A stretch of DNA of 63,316 bases, the filler included, from Octopus bimaculoides (lineage: Eukaryota), in the NCBI RefSeq assembly GCF_001194135.2. It is 2 parts of 2 records of this genome, joined end to end, with 100 filler letters (N's around TTAATTAATTAA, not from the genome) between each part and the next. Parts side by side here need not be neighbours in the genome. Positions count along the whole stretch, not along the records: positions 1 to 31,447 come from NC_068997.1; 1 more part is not named here. One strand, written 5' to 3'. Below, piece by piece: positions 13,760 through 25,555 of the stretch. A program made the translations under genes and the position numbers. Positions within the stretch are counted from its first letter, which is position 1. Each line of letters starts with the position of its first letter. The notes beneath the pieces were generated by a model that was not told where the DNA came from, searched no databases, and saw only the letters and a program-made list of their open reading frames with translations.

Positions 13760-14863
13760 CGAGGGTCGGCTCAAGTATAGGCTGACTATGAAGGAGTGAT
13801 GCTAGACCTGTGAAATCATGCATGCATTAATTTCAGCTCATCTTAATAACTGTGTTATTTCTTTCCAGGTAAAGGGACATTTGATTGTCGAAGGAAGACT
13901 TCAAATGTAAGAAGTAACGACTTCACTTGAAAAGGGACAGAATTGGTACTTGCAGAAATGGGGTCTAACCCGCAAGGACATTCACGCTGATATGTTTGCA
14001 ACATTAGGGGATGACATTCCAGCTTTATCAACAGTCCAAAAGTTGGGCAGCTAAAATTAGGAGGTGAACAGAGAGTCTTGAAAATGACCCAAGCTCTGGA
14101 TATCCTGGAACCGCTACCGCCAAGGGAAAACATTGACACTGTTCACCGCTTGGTGCTGGGGGATAGGCAATTGACTATAAATCAAATAGTCAATGCTATT
14201 AGCATATTCTTTGAGAAAGTTGAGAATACTCTGCACAATGCACTTGGCATGACGAAGGTTTGTTGTGCTCTGCGGGTGCCACGTCTTCTGACATCTGATT
14301 AAAAGCGCAGCATACTGATCTCATCGCGGAAAATATCTGACATTGTTTCAAGCTGATCCAACTGGTTTCTTCGAATAGTTTCTAACTCACGATGTGTGTT
14401 GGCTTCATCACTTTGAGCAAGAGACAAAGACAAAGACAAGCTCAACGTAACGGATTCCCCTCCTCCTCACACGCTCCAAGGTCATGGTCGTTTCATCTGC
14501 AGGGTTTGTGTTCATTGAGTATGTTCAAAAGGGTCACACCATCAATGGAGAGGACAATGCCAGCTTAGTGAGATAAAAGGCTATCAAGATCAAACATATA
14601 GGAAAACTGACGGAAAGGGTCTTGTTTCGTCAGAGCAATGCTCCAGCACACGAATCCTTGGTTTCCATGGCTGGTGTGTGTGACTGTGGCTTTGAACTAG
14701 TTGATATACCTCCCTATTCTCCTGTTCTGGTCTCCGTCTCCTGGTCGTTTCGGTTTGCATGGTTCCTCCGAAGGTACTCTTCACCGAAAAGCATGGAAGA
14801 AATGTGTGAGCCACAAGGGGCATTACGTTGAAAAATAAACCTCATTTGGTCAGCCTATGAACA
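13760..14863 (+). mobile_element. Mariner (DD34D-type) transposon relic, family M1 copy 1
   Basis: TA|cgagggtcggct left TIR and right-end tcagcctatgaac. Broken transposase motifs: QSWAAK.R, VPRLLTSD, WLHHFEQ, SSAG, (Q)SNAPAH, PPYSP. Confidence 0.9.
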
Positions 14864-15059
14864 TGTAGTAACTGGAGGTCTCAAGCTCAAACCCGGAGTT
14901 TATTAATGCTGTTTTTTTTGGCGGTGCCCCAGCATGGCAACGCCTCTCCAGGTAAAACTATTCAGTATACCTAAGTACGAAACGCGTTTCTTGTAAATCC
15001 GCACGATGGACGATGTAGTATACTTATGTTTTTGAAAAATTTTCATTTTGTAATTTGGC

Positions 15060-15350
15060 GAACTTATTCACACCTGGCACCAAGCTGGTATGTCTTTTAC
15101 TTGCAAACAAGAAGAAATCGGAAGACAGAACCTTCAAACTGAACCAATTAGCAGGAGACCTTGGGGGTAAACCAAGAACGAAACAGTTAGATAATATCGG
15201 TAGTCTCAGTTGGTCACGCTTGGGAATGTAGCTAGAAAACATATGACAGTTGTTTCTAACAGGACCCAGTGGAGTAAGTACTAAGGTCTTTCACCATCCT
15301 GAATACCCTCCCAAGGATACTGGACGGAGAAGATGGATGGTTGGATGAGA
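15060..15350 (+). mobile_element. RTE-clade (Expander/Rex3-like) LINE 3' end
   Basis: GKPRTKQLDNIGSLSWSRLG resembles GRPRTRW.D.IS.LAW.RLG. It ends in a degenerate (GGAT)n tail. Confidence 0.65.
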
Positions 15351-15699
15351 TGAATATATTATTTTCATTTACTTATTATTATTATTATTATCTTATTCTG
15401 AATAATCTAGTGTCTGAGAAGAAACTGCTGGTTATTGCGACGAAGTAATGTTCTCAAATTACGCACACAAACACCTATACACACACACAAGCACTAACTC
15501 ACAGACACACATACACACACATGCATATATGCATAGACTACACAGATGTTATATTAATTAATTTCTAACACACGTTCATACTTAATACACACTCACACAC
15601 ACACATATATATATAAGTATATATGTGTGTATATATGTATGTGCATGTATGTATGTACATACATAAGTACATTCAATTATACATACCTACACACACACC

Positions 15700-15741
<42 letters not shown>

Positions 15742-16390
15742 NNNNNNNNNNNNNNNNNNNNNNNNNNNNNNNNNNNNNNNNNNNNNNNNNNNNNNNNNNN
15801 NNNNNNNNNNNNNNNNNNNNNNNNNNNNNNNNNNNNNNNNNNNNNNNNNNNNNNNNNNNNNNNNNNNNNNNNNNNNNNNNNNNNNNATACATACATATAT
15901 TTATACACATATATACATATACATATGTATATTTATGTATATTTCTATGTATGTATGTATTATATGAATGCATTTACGTAGGTAGGCATCTCCTGGGAGA
16001 TAATTCTTTTTTGTGAGTCAATAATTATTATATTACAATCTACTGAATACTTTTTAATAACAGTGTTATAAAAATTCTGCCCACATCTCCACATCTCTTC
16101 ATATACACTCAACACGCCCTTCTTCCGGTATCCACCCTTCACACTTATTTCTTCATATCCATCCCAGATAAGTGTAAAAAGGTTAAAGGTCAGTTATTTG
16201 ATTGCACTTCCAGACACGAGTCAACTCCAAATCTATTCCTCTTCATCGGATCTTTCCCTTTGTCTTTCTCTCCCTCTTTCTCTTCTCCCCCCTCTCTCTC
16301 TGACGTATTACTTCTTATCTCGGATGACATTTATTCAATAATCATTCAGCTTATTACTTATAATGATGTGATAACTGTCTTTCGCACACA

Positions 16391-16420
<30 letters not shown>

Positions 16421-16425
<5 letters not shown>

Positions 16426-16516
16426 CAACGCACACACAGAGCAACACACACACAGAGCAACACACACATAGAGCAACACACACACATAGAGCAACACACA
16501 CACAGAGCAACACACA
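16421..16516. repeat. 16-bp minisatellite (cacacacacagagcaa) x6 embedded in (CA)n
   Basis: gagcaa recurs every 16 bp. Confidence 0.9.
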
Positions 16517-16636
16517 CATACACACACACACATACACGCAAACACACACTCAGAAGGCATATACATGCATACACACATGCACGCATATAAACACAGCATG
16601 CACACACAGATGTGAACGCAGACATACATATGCATA

Positions 16637-17063
16637 GAAGTGGCTGTGTGGTAAGTAGCTTGCTTACCAACCACATGATTCCGGGTTCAGTCCCACTGAG
16701 TGGCAGTTTGGGCAAGTGTCTTCTACTTTAGCCTCGGGCCGACCAAAACCTTGTGAGTGGATTTGGTAGACGGAAACTGAAAGATGCCCGTCGTATATAT
16801 GTATATANNNNNNNNNNNNNNNNNNTATATATATGTATGTGTGTTTGTGTGTCTGTGTTTGTTCCCCCACCATCGCTTGACAACCGATGGTGGTGTGTTT
16901 ACGTCCCCGTAACTTAGCGGTTCGGCAAAAGAAACCGATAGAATAAGTACTAGGCTTCCAAAGAATAAGTCCTGGGGTCGATTTGCTCAACTAAAGGCGA
17001 TGCTCCAGCATGGCCGCAGTCAGATGACTGAAACAAGTAAAAGAGTAAAAGAGTAAAAGAGTA
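16637..17063 (+). mobile_element. SINE family A, near full length, with central microsatellite/gap and (TAAAAGAG)n tail
   Basis: Head tggctgtgtggtaag...ccgggttcagtccca carries A-box-like and B-box-like motifs. Near-identical to 27072-27535. Confidence 0.92.
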
Positions 17064-17690
17064 TTCATAAGAAGCAAAAATGACTGCCTTTTGTTACCCT
17101 ATCAGAGCCAGGTGGAATTTGAACTCACGGTCCTGATACATCTGACGTAAATACTGATGTGTTTTTCTTCCAGTCCAGTAAACTATCAGCTGCTATATTT
17201 TTCCTGTCTGATTTAACGTTGTCTGCTGGTATAGTTCTTCCCGCGCTCTGAGTTCAATCCCACAGAAGTTAATGGTGGAAAAATTATCCTTTCTTCTTTC
17301 TCCCTGTTTATTTCACTCTGCTTCTATCTTTATGTATCTGTCAGTTTGTGTCTTTCTCTCTGCTTTACTCTCTCTCTCTCTCCCTCCCTCTTTCTCCCTC
17401 TTTCTTTCTCCCCGTGTTTGTTCGTCTGTTTCTTTTCTTTCTCTTTCCTCTTCGCATTCTATATCTGTGTCACTCTCTCTTGTTCCGTCTCTCACACGCA
17501 CAGGTTCTCTGTGTTTGTCTGTTTCTCTTTCTTTCTCTTTCATTCTCTATCTTTCTCCTTGCCTGTCTGTCTTCCCTTTGCTCTCTTACTCTCACCCTCT
17601 CTTTCTTTCTCTCAATGTCATTCTCACTGTTCCACTGCTTCTCTCACCCTCCATCTCTATGTCACTCCGAGTACACAATAGCCACCAAAA

Positions 17691-17934
17691 TGATACTAGG
17701 ACAAAATTCTCCGGAAGACAACCCCAGCCCGCGGAAAATATCCATCCCGGACAAAATCCTCCGGCAGTCAATATCCCCCTGGATATTGTTCTTTCTTTAC
17801 AGTAAAAATATTTTAGGAAAGTTAAATTTAAATAAAAAAAGTTTGAAATATTAATTTATATTTTTTTTTAAATTCATCCGGGGGAATTTCGTCCTCGAGG
17901 GGATTTTGCTATCGTCGATTTTGTCCTGATATCC
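17691..17934. mobile_element. MITE-like non-autonomous DNA element with TIRs and subterminal ggacaaaat(t/c)ctccgg repeats
   Basis: Left tgatactaggacaaaat versus reverse complement of right end ggatatcaggacaaaat (14/17). Direct motif copies at 17699 and 17749, inverted copy at 17878-17894. Confidence 0.65.
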
Positions 17935-17970
17935 ATCAAAAGTGGTGTTTCTATTATTAACTTATATAAC

Positions 17971-18153
17971 GGGGACGAGCTGTTTGAACCGTTCGAGCGC
18001 CGGGCGAAATGCTGAGCGGCATTTCGTGTGTCTTCACTGAGGTTGCCTTTGCTTTTATAAATTTCGAGGTCGATAAAATAAGTACCAGTTGTGCATTCGA
18101 GTCAATGAAATCAACAATTCCCCTCCCCCGAAATTACTGGCCTTGTGCCACAA
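17971..18153 (+). mobile_element. SINE family B copy
   Basis: gacgagctg...cgggcgaaatgctgagcggcatttcg...gtcgataaaataagtaccag...tggccttgtgcc. Confidence 0.85.
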
Positions 18154-18324
18154 TTATTGTCATCTGGTGTATTCACATTGGTGCCTTCATCATGTAAAAC
18201 AATACCCAAAGGAAACGAAACTGCAATGGCTGGTATGGAGCTAAATGACAACAACCATATCAACAACAACAACAACAGCAACAACAACAGTATTAACAAC
18301 AGCAAACACAACACCAATGATTCT

Positions 18325-18510
18325 TTCTAATTTTCACACGCTGCCAGCAATTTTGAAGGGAGATTGGTAGGCGATTATACCGAAGCCGGTATTTGACTGG
18401 TACTTATTTTATCAACCCTCGTAGGATGAAGGTGAAAGTCGACCTTAGCGGAATTTGAAATCAGAAACTAAAGTGCCGAAAGACCTGCCACTTAGAATTT
18501 TGTCCGACGT
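18325..18510 (-). mobile_element. SINE family B copy (degenerate)
   Basis: actggtacttattttatcaaccc...aaagtcgacc...ggaatttgaa is the reverse complement of the family B body. Confidence 0.8.
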
Positions 18511-18516
18511 ATTAAT

Positions 18517-18720
18517 ATAGGCACAAGGACTGAAACTTCGGAGGAAGGAGAAGGGGCAAGTCGATTCCCCAATGCTGAACTGGTACTTATTTCATTGATC
18601 TCGAAAGAATGAAAGTTAAAGTCGATTTCGGTGGAAATTTGAACTCATAACTTAAAGACGAGCGAAATGCCGCTAAGCATTTTGTCCGATTCGTTACCGA
18701 GTCTCCAAACTCACCGCCTT
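18517..18720 (-). mobile_element. SINE family B copy
   Basis: ggcacaagg...actggtacttattt...aatttgaactca...gaaatgccgctaagcattttg...caccgcc. Confidence 0.85.
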
Positions 18721-19276
18721 CGACATCAATAATAACAGTTAAAAGTGCCTTTTTGCCAGAACTTGCAGTGAATGCTTTAATTCAATACTTCACTGCCTCC
18801 TAGATAGAAATATATTGTTTTAGATAGCTTTTCTATCCACATGACTTCATTCATCAAATAAGCGAGTCGGGTTCTAACGACACCTGAAACACAATAAACC
18901 AACGTGAAGGTGCCACAAAAATACAACTTAAAATAAATGATTATAGATAAAGGAGGAACTTGGAATAGCGACTTGGAATATAAATGAACTTCGAACTGAC
19001 AAATAAAATCTGGTTCAGGAGTTAATGCACTTTTGTTACGATTTGTACGCATAAACATATGTTCCTCCCCCCCGCACACACACTCACACACACATGGAAC
19101 CATAAAAAATTACACACACATACATAAGTGCAAAAACAAATACATGTAAGCAATGAAATGCATATTATGAATAGATTCATATGAATGCTTGCGTATGTGT
19201 ATATGTAGATATATGTTTCTATCTAATTACCTATCCACCAATATATTTATACATACATAGAGATGTATACACACAG

Positions 19277-19308
<32 letters not shown>

Positions 19309-19807
19309 ACACACACACACACATATATATGCGACTACCTCTTTCCTCCTTTCTCTTTTTGTGTGTGTATGTGTATATGCATGTATGTGTGTACGCATGT
19401 GTGTGTGTGTGTGTTTGTGTGAGTGTATTTTGGTATTGCACCTCTCTGTACTATACTTCTAATAGAATCTGTTTAAATTGAAGTTATCTTTCCGATAGTA
19501 AAATCTATCAATATATTGATATTAGCCTTTGTCTGAGTCTGTAATGAACTAACGGTAAATAAAGACATTTCCACAGATCGAAAACAATTATTCTTGCTAG
19601 AAATATTCGCCATATTTAAAGATGAAGTAATTTTCCAAATTCAATGTTTATGTCGCAATAAAAACATTTTATATTATGATAAATCTTCTTTGTCGATGAT
19701 CGTTACTCAATAAAATAAATACAGAAATACAGAAATGCAGCAATGAAAGTAAATCTAAATATGTTAACTAATTCAAAAAGATTTTTCTTTCTATAAATGT
19801 TCATTAC

Positions 19808-19904
19808 AAACAGTTTCTTTTGTTTTCGTTTATTTTTCTTTGCTTTCTGCAACTGATGAATGACACTTGAAGATAATATTACACCATCTTCATATTTGTT
19901 TAAC
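19808..19904 (-). CDS. Candidate internal exon of an unidentified gene (RLNKYEDGVILSSSVIHQLQKAKKNKRKQKKLF)
   Basis: Acceptor tatttgtatag and weak donor TTT|gtaatg. The frame is open and phase-compatible with the 23550-23622 candidate. No recognised homology. Confidence 0.2.
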
Positions 19905-20150
19905 CTATACAAATACAGATTCACAATTAGTTGTCTCTTTTCGACAAGTTATTCATTCCTTCTATTGCATTGTGAAAGCTGTTGTTGTTTTCTCTCTAAG
20001 TTAAATGTAATAGACTTATACTGCTGCCCTGTTTAACATCACCATAATCTTGTGGTGGAGTGGGAGGAAGATTAAGTAGTGCTCACTATGAGATTATGAA
20101 AAATTTTGTGACTTGATCTTTGTCTATGAGTAGAACTGTTATTTCCTATT

Positions 20151-20247
20151 TACTTACCGCTAGGAAGTATGAAAAATGGTTACTATTTCCTTCTAACTTT
20201 GCTTTTGTTACATTTATTCAAACCCTAAAGAATTCCTCTCAACACAT
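20151..20247 (+). mobile_element. Fragment of dispersed repeat family D
   Basis: ccctaaagaattcctctcaacacat is shared with 22939-22962. Truncated by (TA)n. Confidence 0.5.
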
Positions 20248-20967
20248 TAAATATATATATATATATAGTTTGTTACACAGTTAGTCAGTCTGACACCACC
20301 ACACGGAAGTTGAGTTATTGGTCTCCATCATTGTAAGAAAAACAATATTTGTTCCCACTCAATATCGCCACCAGGATCTTGAATGCCATTAACACTGTCC
20401 CTCCTGTTGCTATACTCGAAGCATGTTTCCAGCCCCAGGTCAACACAACACTGAATTGCTCTGTTTCCTATTGCAACACTATAGCCTATGATGCCATAGA
20501 GTCTCGCCCTCTTACTAACCCTCAAAATGCAGACATGAGAAATCTCTTTCCTTCACTGTCTAAGATATGAAATATTGTATCTGAGATCATCGCTGATGTT
20601 AATCTGACGGAGAAATTACATTGAAAACTTGGAAATTCTATTCAATGTTTGCCCACAATTAACTTTTGCATCTAAAGGGAAGGATTAACGAGTCAGGCAT
20701 CGATTGAACGATGAAATCATCATGAAGTATTTTTCGCCAGATTTTCGTTGGCAAGATCACAACACAAGAGGTGCATACTATTAAATGTTCAATTGATGTA
20801 AATATATAAGTAGTTATAATATATTATTACTGGAGGGCGACATTACTACATTAAATGTAAACTATTAACATCTCATTAATGTATGAATATAAATATATTA
20901 TATATATATACATGTATATATATATTTATAAATATAGATAGAAATATATATGTATATATACATATAC

Positions 20968-21016
<49 letters not shown>

Positions 21017-21290
21017 NNNNNNNNNNNNNNNNNNNNNNNNNNNNNNNNNNNNNNNNNNNNNNNNNNNNNNNNNNNNNNNNNNNNNNNNNNNNNNNNNNNN
21101 NNNNNNNNNNNNNNNNNNNNNNNNNNNNNNNNNNNNNNNNNNNNNNNNNNNNNNNNNNNNNNNNNNNNNNNNNNNNNNNNNNNNNNNNNNNNNNNNNNNN
21201 NNNNNNNNNNNNNNNNNNNNNNNNNNNNNNNNNNNNNNNNNNNNNNNNNNNNNNNNATACGTGTGTGTCTATATATATATGCATGCATAG

Positions 21291-22553
21291 TACGGTTTTT
21301 TATACTTCTTTTATATTTTGAAAATTACGATAAATAAATAAAGTTCTTTCTTAATCTAAAATATACTCTCCTCCATATCCTACAATGCTCTTCCATCTCT
21401 TTGGTAGACTTGTAAGTCCCCGCTTCCAAAATTCACTTGTCCATGACGAAAAATATTCCTTCAGTACTGTTCTTACCTCGTCTACAGAATTCATATTTTC
21501 TCCGTCCAAATGATTTTCAAGACTGTGGAATAAATGATAATCAGATGGGCAATGTCCAGCAAATATGGTGGGTGGGGCATCGTTTCCCATTGAAACTGAT
21601 CCATCCTTTGGAATGTCATTCTCTCTGTATGTGGCCGAGCATTATCCTGATGGAAGAACACCTTTCATCTTGAAAAACCAAAGATGGTCGTTTTTGTTCT
21701 CGCGCTGACTTAAGCCACTCAAGCTGCTCGCAGTAGATCTCCTTTGTTATGGTTTGGTTTCGGTTTTAAAATTTCAAAGTGGACTAACCCGTTCATACCC
21801 CATCAAACAGATAACAATACCTTACGAGGGTGAAAACCTGCTTTAGCCTGGCGTGCCGGGGTTCCCTTCACCCTACTCACTGTCTTCGGCGCTTGACATT
21901 TTTATAGGGAACCCGTTTCTCGTCACCAGTCACTATTGGCTCCAAAAGAGGTTCATTCTTGAGAAGTGACAGCAAAGAAGGGCACACATTCAAACTCTGC
22001 GCGTGATTAGGCTCATAAAGTTTGTGAGGAAGACATTGACCCAATTTGCTGACTTTTCTGATGCTAAGAAGGTGTCGATGGATGGTTAAATCTAAGTTTC
22101 TGTGCTAGTTCCTCAATAGTTACGATGGGATTTTGGTCCACTAGCGTTTGCAGGACATCCTCGTCGAGTTCTACAAATCTTCCAGGACAAGGATCGTCTT
22201 CTGGAGTGTCGTTTCAAGCTCGGAATTTCTGGAACCACCGTTGACACTGGCTTACGCTTATTGTCCGATCCCCATATACTGCATCAATATTCCTCACTCT
22301 TTCCGTTGCGTTGTTGCCTTTATTGAACTCAAAGAGCAAAATATTTCGAATATGCTCCTTTGTCACTTCCATTATAGCTTTTGAAAAATAACTGTTAAAT
22401 CGAACTGCACTCCTCAAAACTTGCACTAAAAATAACCACAAGTTATAGTTACTACCTGCTTTTGTGGCCAGTTAATGCAGGTAGTTTATCCCGACCCCTC
22501 CTACTTTTATTTCATACAACTGAAAAAACGACATTGTTTATGGGATGACCCAA
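21291..22553 (-). mobile_element. Mariner transposon relic, family M2, near full length, inserted at a TA abutting (TA)n
   Basis: Minus strand gives MEVTKEHIRNILLFEFNKGNNA...SQCQRWFQKFRA (HTH), IVTGDEKRVPYKNVKRR (D1), FHQDNARPH (D2) and PSDYHLFHSLENHL (D3). TIR TA|ttgggtcatcccataaa at 22553. Confidence 0.93.
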
Positions 22554-22595
22554 TATATATATATATATATGTGTAAACACACACAGACACACACA

Positions 22596-22663
<68 letters not shown>

Positions 22664-22840
22664 NNNNNNNNNNNNNNNNNNNNNNNNNNNNNNNNNNNNN
22701 NNNNNNNNNNNNNNNNNNNNNNNNNNNNNNNNNNNNNNNNNNNNNNNNNNNNNNNNNNNNNNNNNNNNNNNNNNNNNNNNNNNNNNNNNNNNNNNNNNNN
22801 NNNNNNNAAATATGTATGTATGGATGTATGTATTTTCTTC

Positions 22841-23197
22841 AAGTCGAGTAGCCCTTCCAGCTCAAAAGATCCCTGAATAAAGGTTGTTTAAGGATGTTTA
22901 ACGAAACACCCGTGTTTCCAAAGGTTAATCCTCCGAGACCCAAAGAATTCCTTTCAATACATGGCTATGATTCTACCCACTACTTCTGCTCATGATCAGA
23001 TATGTACATATCATCAGCCACCAAGGGATATGCTCAACTGGTAAAGGTCAAACAACGGACAAGCAAATCTGTGGTATTGAGCAGAATATTTGCTGTAACC
23101 TATCTTTTATACCAAGACAAAGCAAGTTATATGATAACGCTTCTAATCAGTTAAGAGGAGAAGCCATGAGAGCCTCTGCCCGGTACTGCATCAGGGC

Positions 23198-23246
<49 letters not shown>

Positions 23247-23247
23247 T
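22841..23247 (+). mobile_element. Dispersed repeat family D (unclassified non-autonomous retroelement) ending in (ATT)n
   Basis: Complex sequence shared in part with 20151-20247 and terminated by a simple-repeat tail at 23199-23247. Confidence 0.55.
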
Positions 23248-23549
23248 GAGAGTTATTACTATATCAAATCTAAATTATGAATCGGAAATCAATTTCCATA
23301 TTAAGAGGATGAAACTGTTTATCCTATTCAATCTGAAATACGGTATATTATATAATCAGCCTTACATTTTAAAGCCCCTGGTTAACGCCGACTTAGTGAG
23401 CATATGATCAACGACCAATTCACAATTATGTATATGAAATGCTAACCTATCGACTGTGTTCTTCCTTTATTCATAGTGTTTCATTTTGAAGAGCAATTAC
23501 CTGTTGTTTTCCCGATATAGAGCCGTAATGTGTAAGCTTCCTCATTTAC

Positions 23550-23622
23550 CTGTTTAAGGGTGTAGGCTTGGTTCGAGGGTTATTCGAATTTCTGTTTGAA
23601 GCGTTGAGGCTTCCTTCGTTAA
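23550..23622 (-). CDS. Candidate 73-nt internal exon (xNEGSLNASNRNSNNPRTKPTPLNR)
   Basis: Acceptor catatacattttag and donor CAG|gtaaat. Only one of three frames is open (phase 1 to 2). No recognised homology. Confidence 0.25.
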
Positions 23623-24063
23623 CTAAAATGTATATGCTAATTAACAAAATGCATCACCTGTCTGCGCTTATCAAACAGCATCCTGCCAACTCCATACCTG
23701 TGTGGATAACAAAATACATAATTGTCACTTCTCACTCATTATGTTTCAAAGTTTCTTTCGTTCCACAGGGAGAATTGATAACATTGAGTTTCTAGAGTAT
23801 TTTAGAATTATTCACAGTCTTAAAAGAAAGGAGTTTGATAAATAGAAAACTGTTTTCTCAATTCTGTTTCCTACAATAAGTAAAAAAAAAAAAAAGAGAA
23901 TTGAAATGGAGACCGCATCACTTCATACAATTTGAATCGTGTTCTTATCAGTTTACTGTAGATATATATTATTTTTGTTTTATAAAATTCACATATTTCT
24001 ACGAAGAACTGATCAAAGCTTTTTTATTTTGTTGCTCCCTCCCCGCCCCTAACGTCCAATCTC

Positions 24064-24098
<35 letters not shown>

Positions 24099-25502
24099 NN
24101 NNNNNNNNNNNNNNNNNNNNNNNNNNNNNNNNNNNNNNNNNNNNNNNNNNNNNNNNNNNNNNNNNNNNNNNNNNNNNNNNNNNNNNNNNNNNNNNNNNNN
24201 NNNNNNNNNNNNNNNNNNNNNNNNNNNNNNNNNNNNNNNNNNNNNNNNNNNNNNNNNNNNNNNNNNNNNNNNNNNNNNNNNNNNNNNNNNNNNNNNNNNN
24301 NNNNNNNNNNNNNNNNNNNNNNNNNNNNNNNNNNNNNNNNNNNNNNNNNNNNNNNNNNNNNNNNNNNNNNNNNNNNNNNNNNNNNNNNNNNNNNNNNNNN
24401 NNNNNNNNNNNNNNNNNNNNNNNNNNNNNNNNNNNNNNNNNNNNNNNNNNNNNNNNNNNNNNNNNNNNNNNNNNNNNNNNNNNNNNNNNNNNNNNNNNNN
24501 NNNNNNNNNNNNNNNNNNNNNNNNNNNNNNNNNNNNNNNNNNNNNNNNNNNNNNNNNNNNNNNNNNNNNNNNNNNNNNNNNATATATATATGTGTGTGTG
24601 TGTGTGTGCCCACACACACTATATTTATATGCACCTCTTTACAGAAGTACGTTTTTCAAATAATTATAAAGCCTCTTTGTTACACAAAATTTGTAAAAGG
24701 AAAAAAAAGAAATATATATATATATATATATGTGATAAAGATAAAATAATTTTTAAGAAAGTTAATCTATTTGACGTTATATTTTTCAACGGTTATACGT
24801 TTTGACCTACGAGGTCATTATGAGTGCAACTTCTCTACCATGATTTGATTCACAGAAGAATTATAATACATAACCAATATATATACACACACACAGGTTG
24901 TTTGCATATATATTTAGCTTTGAGTTGAAGATAGAAGTTAGTAGAGAGTGTGTACCAAGAATATTTAGTCCAAATTTGATCGTCGTAGTTGTGAGTGGTA
25001 AAAGTAAAAGGAATCGGTCGGACGTAGATAGCGATAAATAAATATTATGTAAAGCAATAGTATTTTTTTAGTATTTTCTCACTCATTTGCCCAAAAGCTA
25101 GAGTAGTTCATCGGTATATTAAACTTCTGTTTGTTACGGTGGAAGTTTCGCTTTCTTCAGCTAATCTGTGAAATTTTAGTTTCATCTTATCTCACGAACT
25201 AGTCGCTTGTGATTAAAGATGGCTGCGAGGCATTTTCACACGTAAAAAAAAATATTTAAGATTGATGCTGAAATCTCTTTGCTTATAGATATCCGTGTAT
25301 TTTTATTTACTTCTTTATTGAAGCAGTGATTTAGAAAAATAATAATAATTTAAACTTGCTTTCGTTATAGAATTTGAAAATAAAATTGAAAAATGGACAA
25401 ATAATGACAAAATTATTGTATTTGATGTTATATTCATCCTCTGCACACGTGCGGTTTAGTGCAGTTTATACTCATGGATAAATTCACATCAGAATTATTT
25501 GA

Positions 25503-25555
<53 letters not shown>

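Noticed and set aside
16637-16710. SINE heads as tRNA genes (also at 27072 and 46311)
   Set aside because: No complete cloverleaf or acceptor stem. They continue into repeat bodies.
20328-20570. Overlapping 65 and 73 aa ORFs in complex sequence
   Set aside because: No recognisable motif and no convincing splice pair. Possibly an old TE fragment, left unassigned.
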